Shown here piece by piece: positions 12,493-24,018 of a stretch of DNA of 60,730 nt (position 1 is the stretch's first letter; every line of letters begins with the position of its first letter). Source of the stretch: Fonticula alba ATCC 38817 (Eukaryota > Protista > Nucleariida). Where the stretch lies: NCBI GenBank assembly GCA_000388065.2, contig KB932218.1; one strand, 5' to 3'. The translations under genes and the position numbers were made by a program. The notes beneath the pieces were generated by a model. The model was not told where the DNA came from and did no database searches. It saw only the letters and a list, made by a program, of their open reading frames with translations.

Positions 12493-14869
12493 ATGCCAGG
12501 GCACCAGTCGGTCCTCCACCCGGATCTCGGGCTGGAGGTCACCACACACATTGTCCCTCGTATGTCTCGGCCTCCTGGCTTGCCTATTTTACCCAGGCCA
12601 CTTGCCCGTGGGATGTGCACTGACCTTGACCGAAATCGCAGACTCCCCGGAAGAGCGGGCCCTGCTGGCCCAGTTCGTGGATGGCCTGGCGCCGGCCGAG
12701 GCGCTTGACGCCTTGGGCGTGGCGCCGGTCCTGTCCTGCCCGGACGCCCCGGTTCTGGGGACGCTGGCGCCGGAGCATGCCACCGGTGGCGTCAACGCCG
12801 TGGCCAAGCTGGCGGCGTCGGTCAGTTCGAACACCATCATCGGCAGCAGCGTGGCCTTGATGACCGGCGCGACGCCGGAATCCTCGGCACAGCCCCCGCC
12901 GAGCACCGGCGGCGGGCTCTCCTCGCGCCGGGCCGCCTCGCGCCGAGCCTATCGGTGTGTTCTTCCTTTCCTTTTCTGCCGTGGCCGCACCTTCCGGCGG
13001 GCGGCGGCCTCAGCCATGCCCCGATCCTTTCTGACCTTCTGCCGGGCCCGGACCAGCGAGGATCCCTCGGACGATGATGACGAAATGCACCTGGCCGGCG
13101 ACGCCGGCGACCGGCCCGGCTCGGCCAACCTTTATGCTGCGTACCAGGCTGGCGGGCGAAAGCGCCGCGTCCTGGCCCGGCACTTCCTGGCCGGCGCCCT
13201 GTGCGTGATTTGTCACCCCCCCCCCCCCCCCCCCCCCTTGGCCTTCCCTTGCTCTTGTTTCTCTGACGGGGCTTGCTTGTGCATGTGCGTGTGCATGTAC
13301 GTGTGTGCCCCATGGGCCTGTGCAGTTGGGAGCGCTCGGCCCGGGCAGCCGGCACTCCCGCGCCCGGGGAGGCCACGGTTCCTCTGCGTTTGGACATCGA
13401 CTACGAGCATTTCCGGCTGCGGGACTCCATTCTGTGGAATCTCGAAGGTGCGCCTGCCATCTTCTTCCCTCCTCCTTCTTCCCCGCTGGGACCCCCTGCT
13501 GAACAGTCATAATGCCCCCCCCCCCTCCCTGCTGGCGGCCCGTCTGCCGGTGTGAACCCGGGGGCCGACGCCCCTCCCCAGAGACCGTCATCGAGCCACG
13601 CGAGTTTGCGGCCCAGCTGCTGGAGGACCTCTGTCTCCAGCCGCAACACCAGGCCTACTTGCAGGTGCTCGTGACCGAGGCGCTGGCCCTGCAGATTGAT
13701 GCCTACCGGCAGTTTGTCACCTACCTCCGGAGTGACCCGGTTCGGCAGTACCTGGAGAACTACTTCCAAAAGAACCCGGAAGGGGTCCTGATCAATGTGC
13801 GCCCGCCTGCCCTGCCGCAGCCGCAACAGGCACCTGGTGGTGTCGGCGCCGGGGGGACTGACCGTGTTGCTCGCCTTCTGTGCCCAGCTTGACATGATTG
13901 TCGGCAGTATCGCCCTCAAGGACCGCTTTGTGTGGGACCCGGTTGGCTTCTATTGCCAGGCGACCGGGCTTCGGTGTGCGCCGCTCGAGGCCCACCAAGA
14001 CCCGAGCTCCACGGCGTACATCTCGCCGGTGACCTTCGCCCAGCAGATGTGCGCCGATCTGGGTGCGTCCCCCTGCCGGCCTCTCGCGCACCTGCCCCGA
14101 TGGGTGTCTTTGCATCTAACGCCGGGGCCCTTTGGCTTGCCCCCCCCCCTCCCGTCAGGTCTTGGCGGGGAGTTTGTCAACGAGATTGCCTTCCACATTT
14201 ATGAGCAGGTGTTCCGGTTTTTCCGCATCAAGCTCGGCTATGGGATTGTGCGTTGCCCGGGCAGGGAGCCGACTTGCCGGTGTTTCCTTTTCTCTTGGCC
14301 ATCTCCTAACCGATGCCTATGGGCTCCCCCGCCCTGTTCCTCTATCCCCCCTTCTCCCGCGCATGCAGAACACCAGCCACCTCGCGGAGAGCGGGCTTCC
14401 CTCGGATGTCAGCCTCCTGCTGAGTTCCTTCGCGTCGGTGCGCACGGAAAATGAGGCATCCTCCGGCGAGTGGGCCCCCTCGGTGGAGATCCTCAGTGAG
14501 AAGGACATCGAGCGTTTGCGCGAGGATCGTGATCGGAGTGCTCGGCGCCGGCGCCGTGACGCCCCGGCCCAGTCCGGCTTTTCGGTGGCCACCTTCTCGG
14601 CAAAGACCCTGGCCGCGGCGCAGATGGCCGCCCAGGCGGCCGCCCGCCGTGCTCCCCGGCCCGCGCCAGTTCGCCGTGTGTCGGACAACCGCGCCGCCAA
14701 GGCCGCGCTTGCCAGCCAGGCCGAGCAGGAGCGCTCGCGTCAGCTGGGCGCGGCCATGAACATGTATGCCGGCTGGGCCACGGCAGCCGTGGCCAAGCCC
14801 CCGGCCCCGGTGGCCCCCCGGGCACCGGCAAGTGCTCGCCACTTCGCCCCGGCACAGGACCGCCAATAA
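12493..14869 (+). CDS. SNF5/SMARCB1/INI1-family chromatin remodeller subunit (Sfh1-like), multi-exon
   Basis: Repeat 1: VPLRLDIDYEHFRLRDSILWNL...PREFAAQLLEDL. Repeat 2: LDMIVGSIALKDRFVWD...SPVTFAQQMCADLGLGGEFVNEIAFHIYEQV. C-terminal WAPSVEILSEKDIERLREDRDRSARRRRR. First exon 12493-12559 (donor GTATGT) is inferred, so the start is less certain. Confidence 0.88.
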
Positions 14870-15700
14870 ATGGCACATCAAGCGGGCATCCTGGCAGACA
14901 CCCATCTCTTTGGGGGGGAGACCTCTCGGGGCCGGAGAGGAGGGGACCAGCGGAGGCGAGAGGTGCCGGATCAGATTCCAGGCGAGGACCCACACAAGCA
15001 GACTGCTATCTCAGAGGGGGGGACCCGCACATTTGCTCCAGGCGGGCGTTCCCACTCTGAATGAGGGGGAGGAAAGGAAGCTCACCCTGGAGTGAGAAGA
15101 TTTGGACGTGGGAAAAGACCGGCAGGGATGAAGGTGTCATGCCTCGGGGAAAGGGCCCCGAGGGGCTGGGATCTCGAGTGACTGGGCCACTGAGGGCGGC
15201 TGAGAGGCACGGTGACGGGAGAAAAGGGGATGGTGGGCGTGAAAGCAGCCACACAAGGATGCTGGACAGAATGGTCGGAGTCCGGGAGAGGCGTGGACAG
15301 GCAAAGCACTAGTGAACCGAGCCTGTGTAATGACACGGGGAGACAGGAAGGATTCCCGGCGGAAGATACTTGCCTTGTTGTCGGAGAGGAAAGCAGGCCA
15401 GCCTCTTTGGCATTGTCGGCCCGCCAGCTGGCAGCGCCCAGGACAAGGCCCCCCAAGGGCGGCGGTGTTTCCCCGCACCGGAGACCGGAGCAGGAGAAGT
15501 CGAAGAGTGAAGGGCAGATGGAAGGGGGCGGGACAAGGAGCAAGCTGCCCAGAAGAGTCCCCCGAAATCAGATCGCACAGCCAAAAAAGAAAGGCCGCCG
15601 GGTGTGAAGCGGGGGATGGCTGAGGGCCCGGAAATTGGGTACTAGATGATCACTTGAGGTAGCCTGCATTGGACCAATATTCCGCAGGGAAGGTATCTAA

Positions 15701-15880
15701 AAATATTGAAAGTCTGTGAAAAACAAGGTGACATAATGTAGTTTTTGTACAAGTACTTTGTAATTGTTCGTTCTATTTATGTCAATAAAGTACTACAAAT
15801 ATGCTTTTATCAAGGAATGAATGTTTCTCCAAAACTATACGAAGAACTCAGCTTTAAAACCATTTTTTATGTAGATAAGC
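15701..15880. other. AT-rich island (~28% GC by hand count)
   Basis: 50 G+C in 180 nt, against a clearly GC-rich background. Confidence 0.9.
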
Positions 15881-18800
15881 CCTTGATAGAATGGGCCACC
15901 GGCATTTCCCACGACGGATGGTCGAGTCTTGGACACAAGGCCGCGAGTGGGACATGGCCTCGAGGGCCGATGTCGGTCCGGGGGTGCGAGCTCCGCCCGG
16001 CCGGGAGACCGCTGCGGTGTCTCGCCCGAAGAGCGGCCCCCTTTCAGCACCTCCCCGGTCTTGCTCAAGCCCTTCTCCTCCAGACAATGCTTGCTTTCCT
16101 TTGATCGCTCTGATGGCTTTGTCTTCCCCCGCTGCAATGCCCAACCCATGCTGCTGCCCACACCTGCGGGCATTCCCCGACGCCGTGCACTTTTCTTGGC
16201 CCGTCGGGTCCTCTCGTCCGAAAGCAACCGCCAGGCTGGCCCTTGCTTGTCTCCTCCATACCTGAGGTCCCACTCCCCGACCTGACCCCAGGCGTCATCT
16301 GTGTCTGTGCTTCTCCCCTGGCTATTTGCCCTCCCCCCCCCCCCTCCCGTCCGGTCCACTGTGACTCATCCTCTGGTGGACTTGGCCACTTGTCGACCTG
16401 GTGGCCATGCTTCATCGGCGGGCAAGGCGCTGACCCCTCTTCTCTGGTCAACATGCCGGCGGCAATGTCCGGGGCTTGAGTTGCATTTTGACTTCGGGTC
16501 TTTGCGGCAAGCCGCCTCCGGCCATTTCGCGCGGGTATACAGGCTGCGAATGTGCCGCGCAATGCATCGTTGAGGATCACCCTCGTCCGACGTGGTGGCT
16601 CCCCCTCTTCGCGGCCCTTCCTCCTCTCTCGATCCAGCTGCCCGGCCTTGCCGCGCCAGCTCCCCATGGGCAGGGGGCCCCTGTCGCAGGATATCCCCGC
16701 CTGAAACAGTCACTTGCGGCGCCCTGGATTGCCGATTGCCGGGTGGTGACGCTCGGTGCTCTCCTGGCCTAGCCGGCCGGCCGGCCGACCGACCGATGCC
16801 CGTTTCGCGTGTCAAGAATCTTGTTCTCGACCGGCCACTCGCGCCACGCTATCCGGCATATGGCGAGGCCACGATGCCTTTGCCGCCTCTGGCAAAGCTT
16901 ATGCGCGGATTGTTGCCTCTTCGACTGCGCATACCGCCGATCCGGCTAGGGGCATCCTTCTTGTGATCCCTCCCCCCCCCCCTTCTGATCAAGTCTCCAT
17001 CGAACATGCGCTGCGAGGACTCGGAGAAAATGCCCCTCCCGCCGGGGCAAAGCACTAGTCGCCGAATGCCGGGGCAGCTGCAGGCCGGTGAGCTATGTCA
17101 CTGACAAGGGGGACGCCTCTCGGAGCGAAGGATCCCGCAGCACTGGTGTCCATGCTGCATGCCTCGTGCCCCCGAACGTCATGCGCCCCTCGGGCCTCGG
17201 ACGCAGGCAGAGCCTCGCTCAGTGGCAGCTGCTCAACCATAGCTCCGCCCAATGCCGGGGCATTCCCTTCGGCCGATCGGCTGGCCGAGGCTGCCGGGCT
17301 ACTTTCACCCGATCGGCCGGGCCTCGACATCGAGATGGCGTGTGCCGCAATGCTCCCGGGTGTCCTTTCCCTCCCCCCGTCGCCTTGGGCCCAAAGGCGG
17401 CCCCCACTTGCGCGAAATGCCGCTCCCCCCCACCCTCCATCCCGGATGACAATCAGCCAGCTGAGCTCCGTGAGCCCGGGGTTTTGGCCGGAAGCGTCAT
17501 GGCCTCTCCACGCGGGGGGACGCCAGGGGCACATGGCAAGTGGCCGGGCCCCTGTCCTTGCCTTGCTTCCTGCATGCTGGCATTCTGGCAGTGACTCTCT
17601 CGGCACATTGTGGGCGGGAAGGGGCTGAAAGCCCTCCGGCGGCTTTGTTGAAAGACATGGCCGAGATTAGAGCCGGGCCGAGGGCCGCTTTGGCGACCAA
17701 GTGTCCGGAACATCTCCCGGGCTTGCTCCAGCTCATCCTCCTCTCCCGACCTGGGGAGCCCACTGGCCGGGGCACGTGGGGCACATATGACCGGGGTGTC
17801 CTGACCTTTCGCAGGGGCAGGAGGGCTGGTATCTGACGAGGCAGCGAGCGCCCTGGCGGGGCAGGTGGTTCTCGGTGGATGGCTCCCCAAAGGCCGGGCG
17901 CCCTTCTGACGGCGACTTAGGCCGCTCGGGCGAGGCTGTACTTCCGGGCCGCGAGGGGGTGAAGGTGAAGCTGGAGCGCGGATGGAGGAGACGGGAGATG
18001 GCCCTGGGCGCGGTGGGTGGTGCCTGAGCGTTGAGCATGCCCTCAGACGGAGGCTCTTGCCCTGGGAACAGTCGTGCAGCCGCATGTGAGCACCACCCGC
18101 TAACCGGGGATTGGACCCTGTGTCCGTGCGTTGTGTATTTCGCCTGTTCGCTTCGGCCGCACGCGAACCGTGGAGCCGGGGAATGCTGCTCCGGACAACG
18201 GAAGCACAAACCTGCATGGTAAAGCCGCCAATAGGGCCGCTTGCGTTTGAACTTGGCATTGCCCTGGTTGGTCCGGAGAAGGCGGGCGCGGATGGGCTGT
18301 TGCTATGGCTGATGGTCCAACTGGTGACGAGGCATGTCCTGAAACACTCCCCAAACGCGGAGAGGGGGGGAGAGGAGAGCGCGAGACAGACACTCCTCCA
18401 AGCAAAGAGCCCCCCTCCCTCCGCCCCCCCCCCCCCACACACACACACATACATACACACCAGGCTGGGTCTTTGCAAATGGTTCTTGATCGAAGCTGCC
18501 ACAGGACGACCACAAAAGAAGCCAGACCATGCGTAAAAGGGACACTCATCACAGCATTGATTGCAAAAAAAAAAAAGAAAAGAAAAAAGCTACACCCGGC
18601 ACTCTGAGTTGTCCTGGGGTCGCCTGCACGGCCCGGGGAGGACCGTCTTGCGGGCCGCCTCGCCACCATCGGAGTCGTGCTTTGTGTTGGAAAATCGGGC
18701 GGCCGTTTGGTTGTGGGCTTAGCCCACTCTGCCCGGGGATCATTCTCGCGAATCGGCTACCAGCGAAATGATCGAACAACCGGGGACCCACATCCCTCAG

Positions 18801-19460
18801 TGTGACACTAGCAACCGCGACCGGGAGCGCAGGCCCACATGCAATATGGGCACGCGATTGCCGGGGGCTCAAGCAGTAGGAGGAACATCTTTCTGTACCA
18901 TTGGCTGGCCTGCGGCCGTCAAGCCCCCCGCCTGGGGGCTGGCATGCACTGGACTAATGCGCCGCACTGGCAGGAACCCGGACCATGGGATAGCGTAAAG
19001 CATGAGGCGTGAAGCAGCAGGGAAAAGGTGTATTGGAGGGGGGGCGGCTGTGAGGAGCAGGCTCGACAGCTGTGGAGCTGTTGCAAGACAGAAATCCGCC
19101 TACACCATGCATGGGAGGGAAAGTCCGGGGGTCCTGGCATTGGAGCCTGATCGTGCATTGTGGGATCATCCCCGGGGCCTGTCCCAGGAGGCGACGAGGT
19201 CCAAGAGACATAGTTCTGCTCCAGGGGGCGGGTGTGGGGAGAAAAAAAGGGCAGCAGCAGGATGGAAGAGGTTTTTTCGAGCGAGAAGGTCCGGGACGGG
19301 AGTCTGGCTTTGGGTACCACTGGGCAGAGGGGGGAACAGTGCGAGATCCGGCGAGAGATCCCCGAGCGACGCACTCTCCCCGGCGGTGTCTGCTGCGCTG
19401 GAGAGACCGGAACAAGACGCCAGGGCTCTCTCTCTCCGAAGGCGGGGGCGCTCGCCCGCG

Positions 19461-20297
19461 TTACTCGCTGGGATATGAGTAGTCCTCGGGATACTTCAGA
19501 AAGTGGGTGAAGTCGGAGCAATCGAGCTTGGAGAAAATCTTGTAGCCATAGCTGTCCTTGGGACAAATATGCTCGAACGAAGGGATGTCGTCCAGCGTGA
19601 GACAAATGTCCGGCATGAAGGCAAATCGGTTGCGACCACAGACGTAGAGATCCCGCATGGCAGAGATGCACTTCTTGTTGAAGCAAAGGGAGTCCCAGGA
19701 GGTGTCATGGATGGGGCCCTCTTCGCAGTGGTTCAGCACGATGGGGGATAACTTGGCGAGGGTGAAATTGTCGCAGCCCTTGGGCGGGTAGGTTTTAAGT
19801 CCCGGGGGGGCCGGATAGCGATGGGGGACCTTATCACTGGTTATGTTGTACTTGGCAGCCACCGAATCGGGCATAAACTTGCGGCAAAAGTCCCTGTAGG
19901 CAATGGTATGCTTCAGGCAAGCTTCTTGAGCGTGTTTCTGGTCGACTGGCCGCCCGGAATTAGTGTCTCCTGTCTCTACCATACAATCGCCATACATTTG
20001 TGCGGCGTAGATGGCCATCCTCTCGCACGGATTGTTCAAGGCCTCTCTCTGGAACCACTCGACGTTCTTTCGACAAGGCGAGGCGTTGAACTTGTTGTCA
20101 CCGACTTGGGTAGCGAACACCCTGGGTGAGAAGTAGGTGTAGGGCCAGATGCTCTTGGCGGAGGCCCCGCCCGTGGTCTTGAAAAGGCTAGCGAAGGAGG
20201 AAACTTCGCGTGGAGTGTCAGGGGGGCTGGAAACCTGTGTGCCAGAGGCCCGGGCCACAAGGGCTAAGACAATCAACAGGAGGGTGGCTTTGATCAT
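19461..20297 (-). CDS. Secreted Cys-rich protein, paralog A (278 aa, intronless, unknown family)
   Basis: Signal-peptide-like MIKATLLLIVLALVARASG; 13 Cys; aligns by eye over its length with 22865-23659 (e.g. KGCDN, DSLCFNKKC, DLYVC, GYKI.S.LDCS). Confidence 0.88.
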   Translation of the reverse strand: MIKATLLLIVLALVARASGTQVSSPPDTPREVSSFASLFKTTGGASAKSIWPYTYFSPRVFATQVGDNKFNASPCRKNVEWFQREALNNPCERMAIYAAQMYGDCMVETGDTNSGRPVDQKHAQEACLKHTIAYRDFCRKFMPDSVAAKYNITSDKVPHRYPAPPGLKTYPPKGCDNFTLAKLSPIVLNHCEEGPIHDTSWDSLCFNKKCISAMRDLYVCGRNRFAFMPDICLTLDDIPSFEHICPKDSYGYKIFSKLDCSDFTHFLKYPEDYSYPSE

Positions 20298-20448
20298 TGG
20301 TCCGAAAGGAGCCGCCAAGGAAGCAGCGGAATCTCCAATTTGAGAGGGGGAGAGGGGAGAAGATGGCCGAGTAGTGAATTGGCTGGGAGGGGGAGGAGGG
20401 GAATGTGGGGGTGGCTCCAGGCCTGTCGACAAAGGTCCGTGAAGCTCA

Positions 20449-20456
20449 TTTATATA
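20449..20456 (-). promoter_or_regulatory. TATA box (TATATAAA) of paralog A
   Basis: About 150 nt upstream of the ATG at 20297; matching position in paralog B. Confidence 0.6.
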
Positions 20457-20483
20457 TCCACATTTATGTGGTCAGTGTGTTTG

Positions 20484-20485
<2 letters not shown>

Positions 20486-20541
<56 letters not shown>

Positions 20542-20554
20542 TGAGTGAGTGAGT
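20486..20554. repeat. (TG)n followed by (GAGT)n microsatellite
   Basis: Seen directly. Confidence 0.95.
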
Positions 20555-21325
20555 GTTGGATCTGGGCAACACATCTGCCTGTGGCCAGGAAGAAGGCGAA
20601 TGCGGAGCTGGCACTGTCGAAGCCGGATTGTCGGGTCGTGCTTAGGACCTGCTCGGAGAGGAGCATCAGCCCCCGAGGGCCGACCACGCCTCGGACAAAG
20701 GAGGACGTGCGAATTGGTCGCTTCTCAGCGGATGACAACACAAGCCCACCTTCCGGAGCTGCATGGGAATCCCTCTTACCCTGTGGGTCCCTGTCAATAG
20801 GGCAGGCCTTGTTCGCTTTTTTTGCCAGGTGAGAAAGACCGAGATCCACCTTTGAGGCCATGCATGCGGTCATCGTATTAATGTCACCAAGCCAGATGGA
20901 TCTGCCTCGGGGAGACTCTCTTGGAAGGAGGGCAAGGCGAAGCCGAGCCAATAGATGAGGCCAATGAAGTTGCGTGCCAGTGCGCCGTTCCCCCGTGTCG
21001 AATATATGCGTCCCACCTGATGAGGTGTGTTTGTTTGCGGGGCACGCGGCGGAAGAGGGCGGGCAGGGGCCAGGAGGCTGGGAGAACACATTCCCGCAGG
21101 CCCACCAGGCGAGTGGGGCAAGTGTCGGGGAGCGATGTAGTGTGGAAGCGCGAACATGGCGCAGCTGCACCAACCAGAGGGTGCCCAATCTGGCATACAC
21201 CGTTATGAGTTGCGAGGCCCCGAGACGGACAGCCTTTCATAATCGCCCGACACTTGGCCACTCAGACAGACGCATACGCACATGCACACGCACACGCACA
21301 CGCACACCCACATGCACATGCACAT

Positions 21326-21326
<1 letters not shown>

Positions 21327-21400
<74 letters not shown>
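21327..21400. repeat. (CA)n microsatellite with a degenerate CACG/CATG lead-in from ~21270
   Basis: Seen directly. Confidence 0.95.
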
Positions 21401-21404
<4 letters not shown>

Positions 21405-22413
21405 AGTTTCCAGGCAGTCAACGGCTCAATGAAGATCGGAGCCTCACCCCTCAAAAGACAGGAGGCACAGGCCTGGGAGTATAATGAGTAAGAGGAGTTG
21501 GGCGAGTATCCACTGTCCGGCTTGGCCAGCCGATGATGATTGCCAGCGGTTTCGGAACTATGGGCGCACCAACACGAGCCCCCTTGGGACAAGATGCCTC
21601 CCTCGTCCCATCCTTTGGGGGATTGGGGGGGGGGGGGGGGGGAGGAGGCAAGCACCGCCACGCGATGTTTCCCGCCCTCAACCGGTAGACGGAGCCCGAG
21701 GCCTCGAGACCGGTCTTGTTTTTGAGTTGGGGAAAGAACCGAAAGACCCATGCTCCCCTTGCAACAAACCAGGAGTCTCCTTCCAAAAGGGCAGGCAGCA
21801 GCACGCCAGAGATGCTTTGGATGAGAACCGACTGAAGGAAAGAAACTCCCTAAAGAAGGGAGAAGTATGTCGGCCAGAGGGGGGAAGGGGTCTTGAGGTT
21901 GGACAACCTCTTCCTGCTTTGAAGGGCGGATTTTTCCGCCGATGGCTGCCGCCCCCTTCACCCACGTTGAAACCCACGGCATTCGGCGTTCCACCCCTGA
22001 GCCATCGCCCAACTCCAGAGGTCGTGGGCGTTTGTCTCCCCCTTGAAGGCGGCCCAAGAGCCCGGCCCCCTGGTGCCTGGGCAATATCCCCATCAAGGTT
22101 GGCATTTCATGCGTTGGGCGGCGGAAATAACATCCGCCTCTCGGGTTGCAATGCGGAATGCCGTACCACGAGCGGCCCCCGCTTCCGGCTGCCGCTGAGG
22201 GGGCAGAGCAATGGCGGGCACTCGTGCCGCTGCCATCCCCACGAGCTTCGGCTGCTCTTGGCGCCTGCATATCTGCCCTTGACTCGCTGGCTGCTTGCAC
22301 CCCCTTTCTCCCTCGGGCGCACATTCCTCACCCCACGGCACCGGTGCACCCTGCAGGCTGTCTGTCCCAACCTTAGTCCTCCTCCCGAGGACGCCCCAGC
22401 ACACTCCATCACG

Positions 22414-22423
22414 TACACACACA

Positions 22424-22461
<38 letters not shown>

Positions 22462-22605
22462 NNNNNNNNNNNNNNNNNNNNNNNNNNNNNNNNNNNNNNN
22501 NNNNNNNNNNNNNNNNNNNNNNNNNNNNNNNNNNNNNNNNNNNNNNNNNNCACACACTCACACACACACACACTCACACTCACACTCACACACACACATA
22601 CACAC
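22414..22605. repeat. (CA)n microsatellite spanning gap 22462-22550
   Basis: Seen directly on both sides of the gap. Confidence 0.9.
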
Positions 22606-22864
22606 GCGCGCGCGCATTTACGGATGCTCACCAAGGTACACAGGCAAAGAGCAGGGGCGTCATCTCAGGTGGGTTGCATTTGGAAGAACTACAGGGAGGA
22701 GGCGGAAAGGGGTGTCGATAGGGCAGGCAACAGACACACATGCATACATACATTCATACGTGAAGAGATATGTATTTTAAGTATCTACTCGCAGATACGC
22801 GACGCGCTCTGCGTCAACTGCAGGAAGCTCAAGGACCAAGCCCTCCAAGAGGCAGAGCGAATGT

Positions 22865-23659
22865 TTAGTTCTCGCGGACGGGCGCATAGTCCTTGTCAGG
22901 GTTGTAGACATAATCAACCTTGGAGCAGTCAAGGGCGCTGATAATCTTGTAGCCCGGGCTGGAGGTCGGGCAGAACACCTCGAAGGAGTAGGTGTGGCTG
23001 GTCATGACGCAGAAGTCGGAGACGGCGGCGAAGCGGTCGCGAGCGCACACATACAAATCCCCCAGTGCGGAGGCGCACTTCTTGTTGAAGCACAGCGAGT
23101 CCAGCGTGACGCCCAGGAAGTCGCCCGGCTCGCAGTGCTTTTCGATGGAGGCGTAGATCTTGCCGAGGCCGACATTGTCGCAGCCCTTGCGCGGGAAGCT
23201 CTTGTTGTTGGGGGAGGTCTGGTAGCGCGTAGGGCATTCGAACTCGCTGAGGTCGTAGTTGGCGGCCTCGGAGTCGGGCTGGGTCTCGCGGCACCAGGCC
23301 TTGTGCGACTTGATCACCTGTGCGCAATCCTCATGGGCGCGAGTGATGTCCACCGTCTTTCCGAGGTGCGTGTTGGCAGACTCGACATTACACTTGCCGA
23401 GGCTGGCGGCCTTTTCGAGGGCCCACACACTGCAAGCGTTGTCCATGTCTTCGATGCTACGCTGGAAAGAGAGAAGCTCATACTCACAGGGGTTGAGCGT
23501 GGCATTGGCGAGGGCCTTCAGCGTCTTGGTGGAATAGTGGCCCGGCTTCTGGACGCCGGCCAGGCCAACGCGCGGCACGACCAGGCTATCGGCCACCGGG
23601 GCGCCGGAGGCCACAGCCAACAGGGCCAGGAAGGCCAGGAGGAAGGACGCCTTGAGCAT
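22865..23659 (-). CDS. Secreted Cys-rich protein, paralog B (264 aa, intronless, unknown family)
   Basis: Signal-peptide-like MLKASFLLAFLALLAVASG; 14 Cys; strong C/G-ending codon bias; homologous to 19461-20297. Confidence 0.92.
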   Translation of the reverse strand: MLKASFLLAFLALLAVASGAPVADSLVVPRVGLAGVQKPGHYSTKTLKALANATLNPCEYELLSFQRSIEDMDNACSVWALEKAASLGKCNVESANTHLGKTVDITRAHEDCAQVIKSHKAWCRETQPDSEAANYDLSEFECPTRYQTSPNNKSFPRKGCDNVGLGKIYASIEKHCEPGDFLGVTLDSLCFNKKCASALGDLYVCARDRFAAVSDFCVMTSHTYSFEVFCPTSSPGYKIISALDCSKVDYVYNPDKDYAPVREN

Positions 23660-23816
23660 GATTGTCTTCGGTGGGAGGGGCCAAGGGGGGGGGGGGGGTG
23701 TTGGCGAGGGAAACTCGTGCGCGGGAGTGCTTGCAAGTTTCGTGACAGGAGAGGGGAGGAGGCGAAGCGGGGTGTTGTATTCCCCCTCCTGCAGAGGGAA
23801 AGCGCCTCACATGGGG

Positions 23817-23824
23817 CTTTTATA
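23817..23824 (-). promoter_or_regulatory. TATA box (TATAAAAG) of paralog B
   Basis: About 160 nt upstream of the ATG at 23659, inside the near-palindrome GGCTTTTATAAAGGCC. Confidence 0.65.
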
Positions 23825-23942
23825 AAGGCCGGAGGGGGGAGGGGGTCATCGGCCTGGTCCACGACGTTAGCATGCTGTGGTCTGCAGGGTCAGACGCCTG
23901 GCCAACAAGCTGGTTGAAGTGAGCCGGTTTGGGCTCGGGGCT

Positions 23943-24018
23943 GGGCTGGCCTGGCCTGGTTGTCGACTGGGTTGGCCTGGTTATGGGCTGGCCTGGTTAT
24001 GGGCTGGCCTGGCCTGGT
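23943..24018. repeat. Short tandem array of GGCCTGG / TATGGGCTGGCCTGGT units upstream of paralog B
   Basis: Seen directly: gggctggcctggcctggtt...ggcctggttatgggctggcctggttatgggctggcctggcctggt. Confidence 0.8.

Noticed and set aside
19115-19130. GAGGGAAAGTCCGGGG resembling RNase P/MRP conserved region I, with a weak CR-V-like ACAAGACGCCAGGGCT near 19412
   Set aside because: P4 pairing is imperfect, I see no P1 helix or Pol III terminator, and it lies in the 3' flank of paralog A. An Infernal search with RNase P/MRP models would settle it.
23943-24018. Short repeats as a CRISPR-like or transposon-terminal array
   Set aside because: No unique spacers, no cas or transposase gene, no terminal inverted repeats or target-site duplications anywhere in the window.
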